Source: Spirochaetia bacterium (GTDB lineage Bacteria > Spirochaetota > Spirochaetia > SZUA-6 > Bin103). From it: 64,000 nucleotides of DNA. The stretch lies in assembly GCA_965243545.1 (NCBI GenBank), contig OZ251573.1, positions 2,246,093 through 2,310,092 of the forward strand. The letters are read 5' to 3'. The first letter of the stretch is position 1. Each line of letters starts with the position of its first letter. This document shows, one piece after another, positions 47,137-55,919 of the stretch. The position numbers and the translations under genes are program-made. Under the pieces are notes generated by a model. It was given only the letters and a program-made list of their open reading frames with translations, was not told the origin of the DNA and did not search any database.

Positions 47137-47964
47137 ATGGCAATCACCGTCGAAGACTTCCACGATCTTGTGCAACTGCTTGAAGATCGCCCGCAATGGC
47201 GGGCCGAGATGCGCCGCCTGGTGATGGGCGAGGAATACTTGGCAGTGCCGGAGCAGATCGCCGACCTACAGCGCCAAACTGCCGACCTACAGCGCCAAAC
47301 TGCCGACCTACAGCGCCAAACTGCCGAGCTACGGCGCCAAACTGCCGAGCTACAGCGCCAAACTGCCGAGCTACAGCGCCAAACCGCCGAGCTACGGCGC
47401 GAGACCGCGGAATTGGGCCACAAATTGGAGCAGCTGCGGCTCGACATGGAACGCCGCTTTGGCCACGTCCAGGTGCAGCTCGATCAACTAACGACCGATG
47501 TGGGGCAACTTAAGACCGACGTCGGGCAGCTCAAGGGAGAGAACCTGGAGCGCCGCTACCGGGAGAGGGCTCACGCCTATTTCGGCCGGCTGATCAGCAA
47601 GGGCCGCGTCGTCGGGTCGGAGCAACTGTCCGACCTTCTGGAGGAGGCCGTCCACGGGGGAGTTTTGACGCAGCGCGACCGGGACGAAGTGGGGTGGGCC
47701 GATCTGGTCATGCGCGGCAGGTGGATTGCCGACGGGAGGCAGGTCATGGTGCTCGCGGAGATCTCCTCACTGGTCGACCTTAACGACGTCCGGCGGGCCG
47801 TAGGCCGGGCGGCGCTGCTAGCCACGCTCGGCACACCCGTCGTGCCCGTAGTAGCGGGGGAGTCTGTGACCGAGCGCGCCGCCGACATGGCGCGGAGCCA
47901 CAACGTATGGCAGATGCTCAACGGCCGCATCATCGAACCACCCAACGCCCCGACCATTTCCTGA
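47137..47964 (+). CDS. coiled-coil protein with heptad repeats and a C-terminal PD-(D/E)XK-like domain (uncharacterised family)
   Basis: ATG 47137 is preceded by AGGAGG. ADLQRQT/AELQRQT heptads are followed by ...WADLVMRGRW...VMVLAEISSLVDLNDVRRAVGRAALL. It is a paralogue of 60346..60966. It is also in frame with the ATPase-gene stub starting at 47044. Confidence 0.5.
   Translation: MAITVEDFHDLVQLLEDRPQWRAEMRRLVMGEEYLAVPEQIADLQRQTADLQRQTADLQRQTAELRRQTAELQRQTAELQRQTAELRRETAELGHKLEQLRLDMERRFGHVQVQLDQLTTDVGQLKTDVGQLKGENLERRYRERAHAYFGRLISKGRVVGSEQLSDLLEEAVHGGVLTQRDRDEVGWADLVMRGRWIADGRQVMVLAEISSLVDLNDVRRAVGRAALLATLGTPVVPVVAGESVTERAADMARSHNVWQMLNGRIIEPPNAPTIS
47260..47406 (+). repeat. seven tandem 21-bp units inside the CDS (heptad repeat A-D/E-L-Q/R-R-Q/E-T)
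   Basis: GCCGACCTACAGCGCCAAACT occurs three times, followed by four GCCGAGCTAC(A/G)GCGC(C/G)A(A/G)AC(T/C) variants. Unit boundaries are at 47260, 47281, 47302, 47323, 47344, 47365 and 47386. Confidence 0.9.
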
Positions 47965-48059
47965 CCGATCGTCGTGCCACGGCGGGGGGCGTTGACCGCG
48001 AGCGGCAACGTGCTGAAAACGGATGGCAGCCATGGCCGAATGCGGGAGGTAGTAACCAA

Positions 48060-48476
48060 ATGAAGGTTTTCGTCAGCTGGTCTGGAGAGCGCAGCAGGAA
48101 GATCGGTGAGCAGTTGCGAGAATGGCTCCCCACTGTCATTCAATCCATCGATCCCTACTTTACTCCTGAAGACACAGAAAAGGGAACGCGATGGCTTTCC
48201 GAAATATCTCAAGAACTGTCCGCTTCCGAGGTTGGGATATTTTGTGTCACACAAGACAACATAGACAGTAGTTGGCTTCTCTTCGAAGCCGGTGTCTTAT
48301 CCAACAAGCTAGATAAATTCTGCGTCTGCCCGATACTATTTGCGGTGAACGCTGTCGATTTGGCTGCCCCGATGAGACAATTTCAGGCCACCGAGTTCAC
48401 GAGAGAAGACTTCAAAAGACTAGTCGAGGTCATAAATGGACGTATATCAAATGGACATGGAAAGACCGGCGTCTGA
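48060..48476 (+). CDS. short stand-alone TIR-like domain protein
   Basis: MKVFVSWSGERSRKIGEQLREWL...VGIFCVTQDNIDSSWLLFEAGVLS is a bacterial TIR-like pattern with a conserved Glu in FEAG. GGGAGG lies upstream of ATG 48060. The segment is AT-rich. Confidence 0.65.
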   Translation: MKVFVSWSGERSRKIGEQLREWLPTVIQSIDPYFTPEDTEKGTRWLSEISQELSASEVGIFCVTQDNIDSSWLLFEAGVLSNKLDKFCVCPILFAVNAVDLAAPMRQFQATEFTREDFKRLVEVINGRISNGHGKTGV

Positions 48477-48825
48477 TCAACCGAAACGGGCAGATAGAGA
48501 GCTCTTGGAAGAGATACACCAAGCGACGAGCTTCATGCTCGGCACGCGTACCGTTTTACCGTCGCCGTTGGTAGCGTCGATAGTTGAACGATTCATCGAT
48601 CTCCATGACGATCAAGCTATGAGTAAGGGAGGCTATCAAGAAGTTCTTGACAGCCTGCGAACTATGCGAGCGGACATTGTTCAGATAATTCATATAATTC
48701 ATTATGGAGAAGTAACAGGTCGCATGCGTCCGTTAATGAAGAGGTTTGAGCGTCTGTCGTATCAGGTTAGACCCGTGCTATCCAAGCAGTCGCCAGAAGA
48801 ATCCGAAGATGATATACCATTCTAA
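48436..48825 (+). CDS. small hypothetical protein downstream of the TIR gene
   Basis: 129-aa ORF overlapping the TIR gene 3' end, with alternative starts at 48451 and 48457. It has the same AT-rich composition and no recognisable motif. Confidence 0.35.
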   Translation: MDVYQMDMERPASDQPKRADRELLEEIHQATSFMLGTRTVLPSPLVASIVERFIDLHDDQAMSKGGYQEVLDSLRTMRADIVQIIHIIHYGEVTGRMRPLMKRFERLSYQVRPVLSKQSPEESEDDIPF

Positions 48826-48852
48826 ATGCTCGTTTAGGAGACTTGTTCGGGA

Positions 48853-51800
48853 ATGACACGAAGAAAACACATTGAGCTCGATAATTCCGTGGGGTCGATG
48901 ACGTATCCGGCGGTGCGGAAGAACATTCCGCCGGCGGGGCTGGCGGCGCAGGGGGAGGTGCGCGAGAAGAGGGCGGTGCGGTATGAGTACAATCCGCATC
49001 TGCCGCCGGCGTTGCGGTCGGCGCCGGACGCGGCGGCGGTGGACCGGCTGCCGGCGTTGCTGGAGGCCGCCCGGCACCGGGCGCTCACCGAGGATGAGGC
49101 AGCGGCGCTGGCGGAGGCGTTGCGGCGGCATGAGCCGTGGCTGGAGTGGACGGGCAAGCGCGAGCGGCCGTGGTTCAAGTCGATCCGGTGGCGCTGCACA
49201 TGCACGAGCGGGTCTCCACGCAGGCGATCCTGCGCGTGCTCGCGCGCGGCGACGTGCAGCGCGATCTGTTCGCCGATCCGCAACTTGATTACGCGCGGGC
49301 GGTGCAGTTCTACCGCCACGACATCGACTGGACCAACCGCATGATCCTGGGCGACTCGCTGCAGGTGATGGCCAGCCTGGCGCACCGCGAGGACTTGGCC
49401 GGCAAGGTGCAGATGATCTACCTGGACCCGCCCTACGGGATCAAGTTTGCCTCCAACTTCCAGCCGCAGCTCGGCCAACGCGACGTCAAGGACCGGCAGC
49501 AGGACCTGACCCGCGAGCCGGAGATGGTCAAGGCGTACCGCGACACCTGGACGCTCGGCGTCCACTCCTACCTCGCCTATTTGCGCGACCGATTGACGAT
49601 GGCCCGCGAGCTGCTCAGCGACACCGGCAGCATCTTCGTGCAGATCAGCGACGAGAATCTGCACCGCGTCCGCTTGCTCATGGACGAAGTGTTCGGCGTC
49701 AGCAACTTCGTGGTGACCATCAAGTTCTCCAAGACGTCGGGGCTGGGCGGCCGGTTTCTGGACGAGACGTTCGATCATCTCATCTGGTTCGCCAGGGACA
49801 TCGAACGGATCAGGTTTCGCCGGCCGTTTATGGAGCGCGTCAGCGGTGAATCGGGGGCGACGCAGTACCGTTATTCGATGCGGCCCGACGGCTGGTTCAG
49901 CGAGTCCGACGACGAATCGGAAGGAAGGCGGTTTGCGCATGACAACCTTACGTCGCAGACGGGTAACGAGTCGACCGTGTTTCCGTTCGAGATCGACGGC
50001 TGGCCGATTTCCGCGCCGCGCAAGGGCGGCTGGAAATCCAACGCCGAAGGCATCGAGCGGCTGAAGCAGGCGCACCGCATCATTCGGGTCGGCAACACGC
50101 CGCGCTACGTGCGGTACTTCGACGACGCGCCGAGCTTCCCGGTCGGATCTGGCTGGACGGACACCGGTATCAGCGGCTTCGGCGCGGAGAAAGAGTACGT
50201 CGTCCAGACCCATCCGCTGGTCGTGCAGCGCTGCATGTTGATGACGACCGATCCGGGCGACCTGGTGCTCGATCCGACCTGCGGGAGCGGCACCACGGCG
50301 TTCGTGGCCGAGCAGTGGGGGCGGCGGTGGATCACGATCGACACCAGCCGGGTGGCGCTGACGCTGGCCAAGCATCGGCTGTTGACCGCGCGCTTCGACT
50401 ACTACCGGTTGCGCGCACTGAGCGCCGAGGACGTGGCGCGCAACCCGAACGGAACCTGGATCGAAGGAACCGACGGCAACGGCGGCCCGAACGGCAAGCG
50501 GCTCACTCTCGACTGCCGCACCGTGCCGCATATCACGCTCAAGAGCATCGCCCGCAACACCGCGCTCGATCCGATCTTCGCCCGCCACGAACCGATACTG
50601 GCCGCGGCGCTCGCCGCGCTGAACCGCCACCTCGTCACCATCACCCCGGAACAGAAACAAAAACTCGTCGAAAAACTGATCGCCAAGCACCGCCGCGACG
50701 GCGCCAACGCCGTCACCAGCGCGGACGTGCGGCGCTGGCTGCTGCCGGACACGCCGCCCGACCTGATCGTTCCCGTCGGCGCGCGCCGGCCGCTCAAGGC
50801 GGTCACCGCCCGGCAGGCCGCCAAGTACCGCGACCAGATTCCCGCCGGCGAATGGCGCGAATGGGAAGCGCCGTTCGACGCCGACCCGGACTGGCCGCAG
50901 CCGCTCCGCGAAGCGCTGGCCGCCTACCGCGCCGCGTGGCGGGCGAAGATGGATGAGGTCAACGCCTGCATCGCCGCCAACGCCGAGACCGAGGAGCTGG
51001 TCGACAAGCCGGCCATCGTCAAGGGCACGGTCCGCGTCGCCGGGCCGTTCACGATGGAAGGGGTGATCGCGCTCGAAGAGGGGCCGGACACGCCGATCGG
51101 CGGCGCGCCGGAGGAGTTGGATAACTTCGGCGCCGAAGACGGGGCCGCCGCGGTCGCCAACGCCGAGGCGCACCTGGACAAGATGATCCGCCTGCTCAAG
51201 GCGAGCGGCGTACAGTTTCCGGCCAACAAGAAGCAGCGCTTCGAGCGGCTCGACCCGGTCACCGGCGCGGCCCTGATCCACGCCGAGGGCGAGTGGCGCA
51301 ACGGCGCCGGGGACGCGCGCCGGGTGGCCGTCAGCATCGGCCCGGAGGCCGGCAACGTGACCGCGTGGCAGGTCGAGGAGGTGGTGCGCGACGCCAACCG
51401 CGCCGGCTACGACGACGTCGTGTTCGCCGGCTTCGGCTTCGACGCCGCGGCGCAGGCCGCCATCGAACATTCCGCGCACCGCAACCTGCGCCTGCACATG
51501 GCGTTGATCAGCCCGGACGCGGCGCTCGACGACCTGCTCAAGACGCAGCCCGGCAGCCAGATATTCACCGTGTTCTCGGCCCCGCGCGTGGCCGGCCCCA
51601 CCCGCCGGGAGGAGGGCGATTACGTGGTCGAGGTGGAGGGGATGGACGTCTACGATCCGGTAACCAACACGCTCGCGCCCACCGACGCGGCGGGCATCGC
51701 CGCCTGGTTCCTGGATACCGACTACGACGGGCGCACGTTCTGCATCTGCCAGGCGTTCTTCCCCGACAAGAGCAAGTGGAGCCGGCTGGCGCGGGCGCTC

Positions 51801-51983
51801 GGGCGCACCGGGCTGGTGGAAGAGGCGGCGTTCGACGACCTGAGCGGCCTGCGCAGCCTGCCGTTCGCGCCGCCGCCCGACCGCCGGCGGGGCGAGCCGT
51901 GGGGCATCGCCGTCAAGGTGATCGACCCGCGCGGCAACGAGGGCCTGCGCGTCCTGGCCGCGGAGGATGGCACGGGCAGTTGA
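48853..51983 (+). pseudogene. mod: Type III-like DNA methyltransferase (Mod), tandem copy 2, one frameshift
   Basis: Split between track ORFs 48853..49344 and 49137..51983. TTCAAGTCGAT near 49172 replaces TTCGAGGTCGAT of copies 1 and 3 (a 1-nt loss). DPPY and DPTCGSGTT motifs are present. The C-terminal tail is unique (LAAEDGTGS*). Confidence 0.8.
48874..51955 (+). repeat. tandem ~3.1-kb repeat unit, copy 2
   Basis: Collinear with copy 1 throughout. Collinear with copy 3 outside the central variable segment. Antisense ORFs 50924..51397 and 54839..55312 translate identically. Confidence 0.9.
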
Positions 51984-52122
51984 CGAGCCACCGCGCGGCC
52001 ATTACGTTGACGTACCGTGCTACACATCTCAGTCGCCGTATCAAGACCATGGAGCAAAGAGTCGATAGAGGACGGCAATCCAGTAGCCTGAATCGGACCG
52101 GTTCGACACGGAGGGAGGACGA

Positions 52123-52704
52123 GTGATGGAACATGCGGTGGTCGCTCTGACGACAACGGTCGGGGTGACATTTCTGTTCGTGATCTATTTCCTGTGGCGC
52201 CGACTGCGTCTGGACATATTCCGAGATCATCTGTTTCGTCTGCGGGAAAGGTGGTTCGATCTTGCTCTCGATCCCGATTCGACGCTACAGTTCGATAACC
52301 CGCTGTATCGATCCGTCGAGCAGTCGTTGTGCGGTATGCTACAATTTGCCCACCGGGTGTCGTTCTCATTCGTAGTACTGGTAAGGATCGGAGAGCGCAT
52401 CCAGAATATCGAGACAGACGTAGAGCCCATTGAGCGGATCGCGAAAAACGTCAAGCGGATACCTGATGAATACACCCGCACGAGAGCCGTTGAAATATGG
52501 ACCGGTATTCCCGTGGCGATACTCAAACACATGATGTTCACGTCACTGGTATTCCTTTTGTTGACCTCTATCCAGTTTGTATTGTTGTTGTTACGCGAAC
52601 GACCTACACGGGCGGCAAAGGAGGGGCTTGTTAAGCAGAACGAGCCGGTACTCGAGAAGATAGAGACAACCGCATATCGGAATCTCGCGTCTGAACCGGT
52701 TTAG
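52123..52704 (+). CDS. hypothetical 2-TM membrane protein
   Basis: Hydrophobic helices VVALTTTVGVTFLFVIYFLW and MMFTSLVFLLLTSIQFVLLLL flank a ~130-aa soluble region. GGAGGGAGG lies upstream; ATG 52126 is an alternative to GTG 52123. The segment is AT-rich. Confidence 0.5.
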   Translation: MMEHAVVALTTTVGVTFLFVIYFLWRRLRLDIFRDHLFRLRERWFDLALDPDSTLQFDNPLYRSVEQSLCGMLQFAHRVSFSFVVLVRIGERIQNIETDVEPIERIAKNVKRIPDEYTRTRAVEIWTGIPVAILKHMMFTSLVFLLLTSIQFVLLLLRERPTRAAKEGLVKQNEPVLEKIETTAYRNLASEPV

Positions 52705-52730
52705 CGTGACCGGAAGACCGGAGAATCGGG

Positions 52731-55700
52731 ATGTCGCGTAGAGACGCCGCGGCGACCGGCGGCCGCGCGGCGGACGGCGTCGCGTCGATTACGTATCCGG
52801 CGGTGCGGAAGAACATTCCGCCGGCGGGGCTGGCGGCGCAGGGGGAGGTGCGCGAGAAGAGGGCGGTGCGGTATGAGTACAATCCGCATCTGCCGCCGGC
52901 GTTGCGGTCGGCGCCGGACGCGGCGGCGGCGGACCGGCTTCCGGCGTTGCTGGAGGCCGCCCGGCACCGGGCGCTCACCGAGGATGAGGCCGCGGCGCTG
53001 GCGGAGGCGTTGCGGCGGCATGAGCCGTGGCTGGAGTGGACGGGCAAGCGCGAGCGGCCGTGGTTCGAGGTCGATCCGGTGGCGTTGCACATGCACGAGC
53101 GGGTCTCCACGCAGGCGATCTTGCGCGTGCTCGCGCGACAGGACGTGCAGCGCGATCTGTTCGCCGATCCGCAGCTCGATTACGCGCGTGCGGTGCAGTT
53201 CTACCGCCACGACATCGACTGGACCAACCGCATGATCCTGGGCGACTCGCTGCAGGTGATGGCCAGCCTGGCCCACCGCGAGGACCTTGCCGGCAAGGTG
53301 CAGATGATCTACGTGGACCCGCCCTACGGGATCAAGTTCGCCTCCAACTTTCAGCCGCAGCTCGGCCAGCGCGACGTCAAGGACCGGCAGCAGGACCTGA
53401 CCCGCGAGCCGGAGATGGTCAAGGCGTACCGCGACACCTGGACGCTCGGCGTCCACTCCTACCTCGCCTATTTGCGCGACCGATTGACGATGGCGCGCGA
53501 GCTGCTCAGCGACACCGGCAGCATCTTCGTGCAGATCAATGACAGGAATCTTCATCTTGTCCGCTCTGTTATGGATGAAGTGTTCGGAGCAGATAACTTC
53601 ATCACCATCGTAGCCTTCAAGAAGACAAGCGGATTGGGCACTTTTGGCGTCTCAAGCGTGCTGGATTTTCTGATTTGGTATGGCAAGGACCGGAACCAGA
53701 CAAAGAAAAGGGAGCTACTCGACGACAAGAATCTCAGCACCTCGGGACGATTCTACGATCATGTGCTGTTCCCAAACGGAGAGTTGAGGCGGTACTCGGC
53801 GTCTGAGATAGAGAATATAGAAGAGAGACAGGGAGCGCTATTGCAGGGGAGCGTTCTTTACTCTGAGGGTGCTACCGAGACAGGAAGATTCGAGCTTCCA
53901 GTGGGGTCATCCAAATATCGCCCACCTGCCAATGCACACTGGAAGACAGATCAGGATGGGATGAATCGTCTACTGGCTGCCGAGCGCATCTTTATGAAAG
54001 GAAACACGCCCCGTTACGTTCGGTTTCTCGACGACTATCGGAGCTTCCCGTTCACCAACGCCTGGACGGACACCGGATTCGGAGGGTTCGTCGGCGATCA
54101 ATCAAAGAGCTACGTGGTTCAGACCTCGTCACAGGTTGTCGAACGATGCATGGTGATGACGACCGACCCTGGCGACTTGGTGCTTGATCCGACCTGCGGG
54201 AGCGGCACCACGGCGTTCGTGGCCGAGCAGTGGGGGCGGCGGTGGATCACGATCGACACCAGCCGGGTGGCGCTGACGCTGGCCAAGCATCGGCTATTGA
54301 CCGCCCGCTTCGACTACTACCGGTTGCGCGCACTGAGCGCCGAGGACGTGGCGCGCAACCCGAACGGAACCTGGATCGAAGGAACCGACGGCAACGGCGG
54401 CCCGAACGGCAAGCGGCTCACTCTCGACTGCCGCACCGTGCCGCATATCACGCTCAAGAGCATCGCCCGCAACACCGCGCTCGATCCGATCTTCGCCCGC
54501 CACGAACCGATACTGGCCGCGGCGCTCGCCGCGCTGAACCGCCACCTCGTCACCATCACCCCGGAACAGAAACAAAAACTCGTCGAAAAACTGATCGCCA
54601 AGCACCGCCGCGACGGCGCCAACGCCGTCACCAGCGCGGACGTGCGGCGCTGGCTGCTGCCGGACACCTCGCCTGATCTGATCGTTCCGGTCGGCGCGCG
54701 CCGGCCGCTCAAGGCGGTCACCGCCCGGCAGGCCGCCAAGTACCGCGACCAGATTCCCGCCGGCGAATGGCGCGAGTGGGAGGCGCCGTTCGACGCCGAC
54801 CCGGACTGGCCGCAGCCGCTCCGCGAAGCGCTGGCCGCCTACCGCGCCGCGTGGCGGGCGAAGATGGATGAGGTCAACGCCTGCATCGCCGCCAACGCCG
54901 AGACCGAGGAGCTGGTCGACAAGCCGGCCATCGTCAAGGGCACGGTCCGCGTCGCCGGGCCGTTCACGATGGAAGGGGTGATCGCGCTCGAAGAGGGGCC
55001 GGACACGCCGATCGGCGGCGCGCCGGAGGAGTTGGATAACTTCGGCGCCGAAGACGGGGCCGCCGCGGTCGCCAACGCCGAGGCGCACCTGGACAAGATG
55101 ATCCGCCTGCTCAAGGCGAGCGGCGTACAGTTTCCGGCCAACAAGAAGCAGCGCTTCGAGCGGCTCGACCCGGTCACCGGCGCGGCCCTGATCCACGCCG
55201 AGGGCGAGTGGCGCAACGGCGCCGGGGACGCGCGCCGGGTGGCCGTCAGCATCGGCCCGGAGGCCGGCAACGTGACCGCGTGGCAGGTCGAGGAGGTGGT
55301 GCGCGACGCCAACCGCGCCGGCTACGACGACGTCGTGTTCGCCGGCTTCGGCTTCGACGCCGCGGCGCAGGCCGCCATCGAACATTCCGCGCACCGCAAC
55401 CTGCGCCTGCACATGGCGTTGATCAGCCCGGACGCGGCGCTCGACGACCTGCTCAAGACGCAGCCCGGCAGCCAGATATTCACCGTGTTCTCGGCCCCGC
55501 GCGTGGCCGGCCCCACCCGCCGGGAGGAGGGCGATTACGTGGTCGAGGTGGAGGGGATGGACGTCTACGATCCGGTAACCAACACGCTCGCGCCCACCGA
55601 CGCGGCGGGCATCGCCGCCTGGTTCCTGGATACCGACTACGACGGGCGCACGTTCTGCATCTGCCAGGCGTTCTTCCCCGACAAGAGCAAGTGGAGCCGG

Positions 55701-55892
55701 CTGGCGCGGGCGCTCGGCCGCACCGGGCTGGTGGAGGAGGCGGCGTTCGACGACCTGAGCGGCCTGCGCAGCCTGCCGTTCGCGCCGCCGCCCGATCGCC
55801 GCCGGGGCGAACCGTGGCGCATCGCCGTCAAGGTGATCGACCCGCGCGGCAACGAGGGCCTGCGCGTCCTCACCGTGGAGGCGCCGGCATGA
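52731..55892 (+). CDS. mod: Type III-like N6-adenine DNA methyltransferase (Mod), tandem copy 3, intact, alternative central recognition segment
   Basis: Uninterrupted 1053-aa ORF with IYVDPPYGIKF and LDPTCGSGTTAFVA. The central ~630 nt (about 53538-54165) is divergent and AT-richer than in copies 1 and 2. Confidence 0.85.
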   Translation: MSRRDAAATGGRAADGVASITYPAVRKNIPPAGLAAQGEVREKRAVRYEYNPHLPPALRSAPDAAAADRLPALLEAARHRALTEDEAAALAEALRRHEPWLEWTGKRERPWFEVDPVALHMHERVSTQAILRVLARQDVQRDLFADPQLDYARAVQFYRHDIDWTNRMILGDSLQVMASLAHREDLAGKVQMIYVDPPYGIKFASNFQPQLGQRDVKDRQQDLTREPEMVKAYRDTWTLGVHSYLAYLRDRLTMARELLSDTGSIFVQINDRNLHLVRSVMDEVFGADNFITIVAFKKTSGLGTFGVSSVLDFLIWYGKDRNQTKKRELLDDKNLSTSGRFYDHVLFPNGELRRYSASEIENIEERQGALLQGSVLYSEGATETGRFELPVGSSKYRPPANAHWKTDQDGMNRLLAAERIFMKGNTPRYVRFLDDYRSFPFTNAWTDTGFGGFVGDQSKSYVVQTSSQVVERCMVMTTDPGDLVLDPTCGSGTTAFVAEQWGRRWITIDTSRVALTLAKHRLLTARFDYYRLRALSAEDVARNPNGTWIEGTDGNGGPNGKRLTLDCRTVPHITLKSIARNTALDPIFARHEPILAAALAALNRHLVTITPEQKQKLVEKLIAKHRRDGANAVTSADVRRWLLPDTSPDLIVPVGARRPLKAVTARQAAKYRDQIPAGEWREWEAPFDADPDWPQPLREALAAYRAAWRAKMDEVNACIAANAETEELVDKPAIVKGTVRVAGPFTMEGVIALEEGPDTPIGGAPEELDNFGAEDGAAAVANAEAHLDKMIRLLKASGVQFPANKKQRFERLDPVTGAALIHAEGEWRNGAGDARRVAVSIGPEAGNVTAWQVEEVVRDANRAGYDDVVFAGFGFDAAAQAAIEHSAHRNLRLHMALISPDAALDDLLKTQPGSQIFTVFSAPRVAGPTRREEGDYVVEVEGMDVYDPVTNTLAPTDAAGIAAWFLDTDYDGRTFCICQAFFPDKSKWSRLARALGRTGLVEEAAFDDLSGLRSLPFAPPPDRRRGEPWRIAVKVIDPRGNEGLRVLTVEAPA

Positions 55893-55919
55893 TCGACCGC
55901 ATCGTCATCAAGAACTTCA
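52785..55919 (+). repeat. tandem ~3.1-kb repeat unit, copy 3
   Basis: Near-identical to copy 2 on both sides of 53538-54165. The right end runs 31 nt into the ATPase gene, exactly as in copy 1. Confidence 0.9.

Noticed and set aside
47260-47406. Regularly spaced 21-bp repeats that could be mistaken for a CRISPR array.
   Set aside because: The units are directly adjacent with no spacers. They lie inside an ORF and encode an in-frame heptad coiled coil. No cas genes are present in the window.
44040-49180. Phase-variable simple-sequence tracts as the cause of the mod frameshifts (a phasevarion-like switch).
   Set aside because: The three indels lie in GGGCGG(T)GCGG, AAGA(A)CG and TTCGAGGTC/TTCAAGTC contexts. 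None is a long homopolymer or short tandem repeat, so decay or sequencing error is more likely than programmed slippage.
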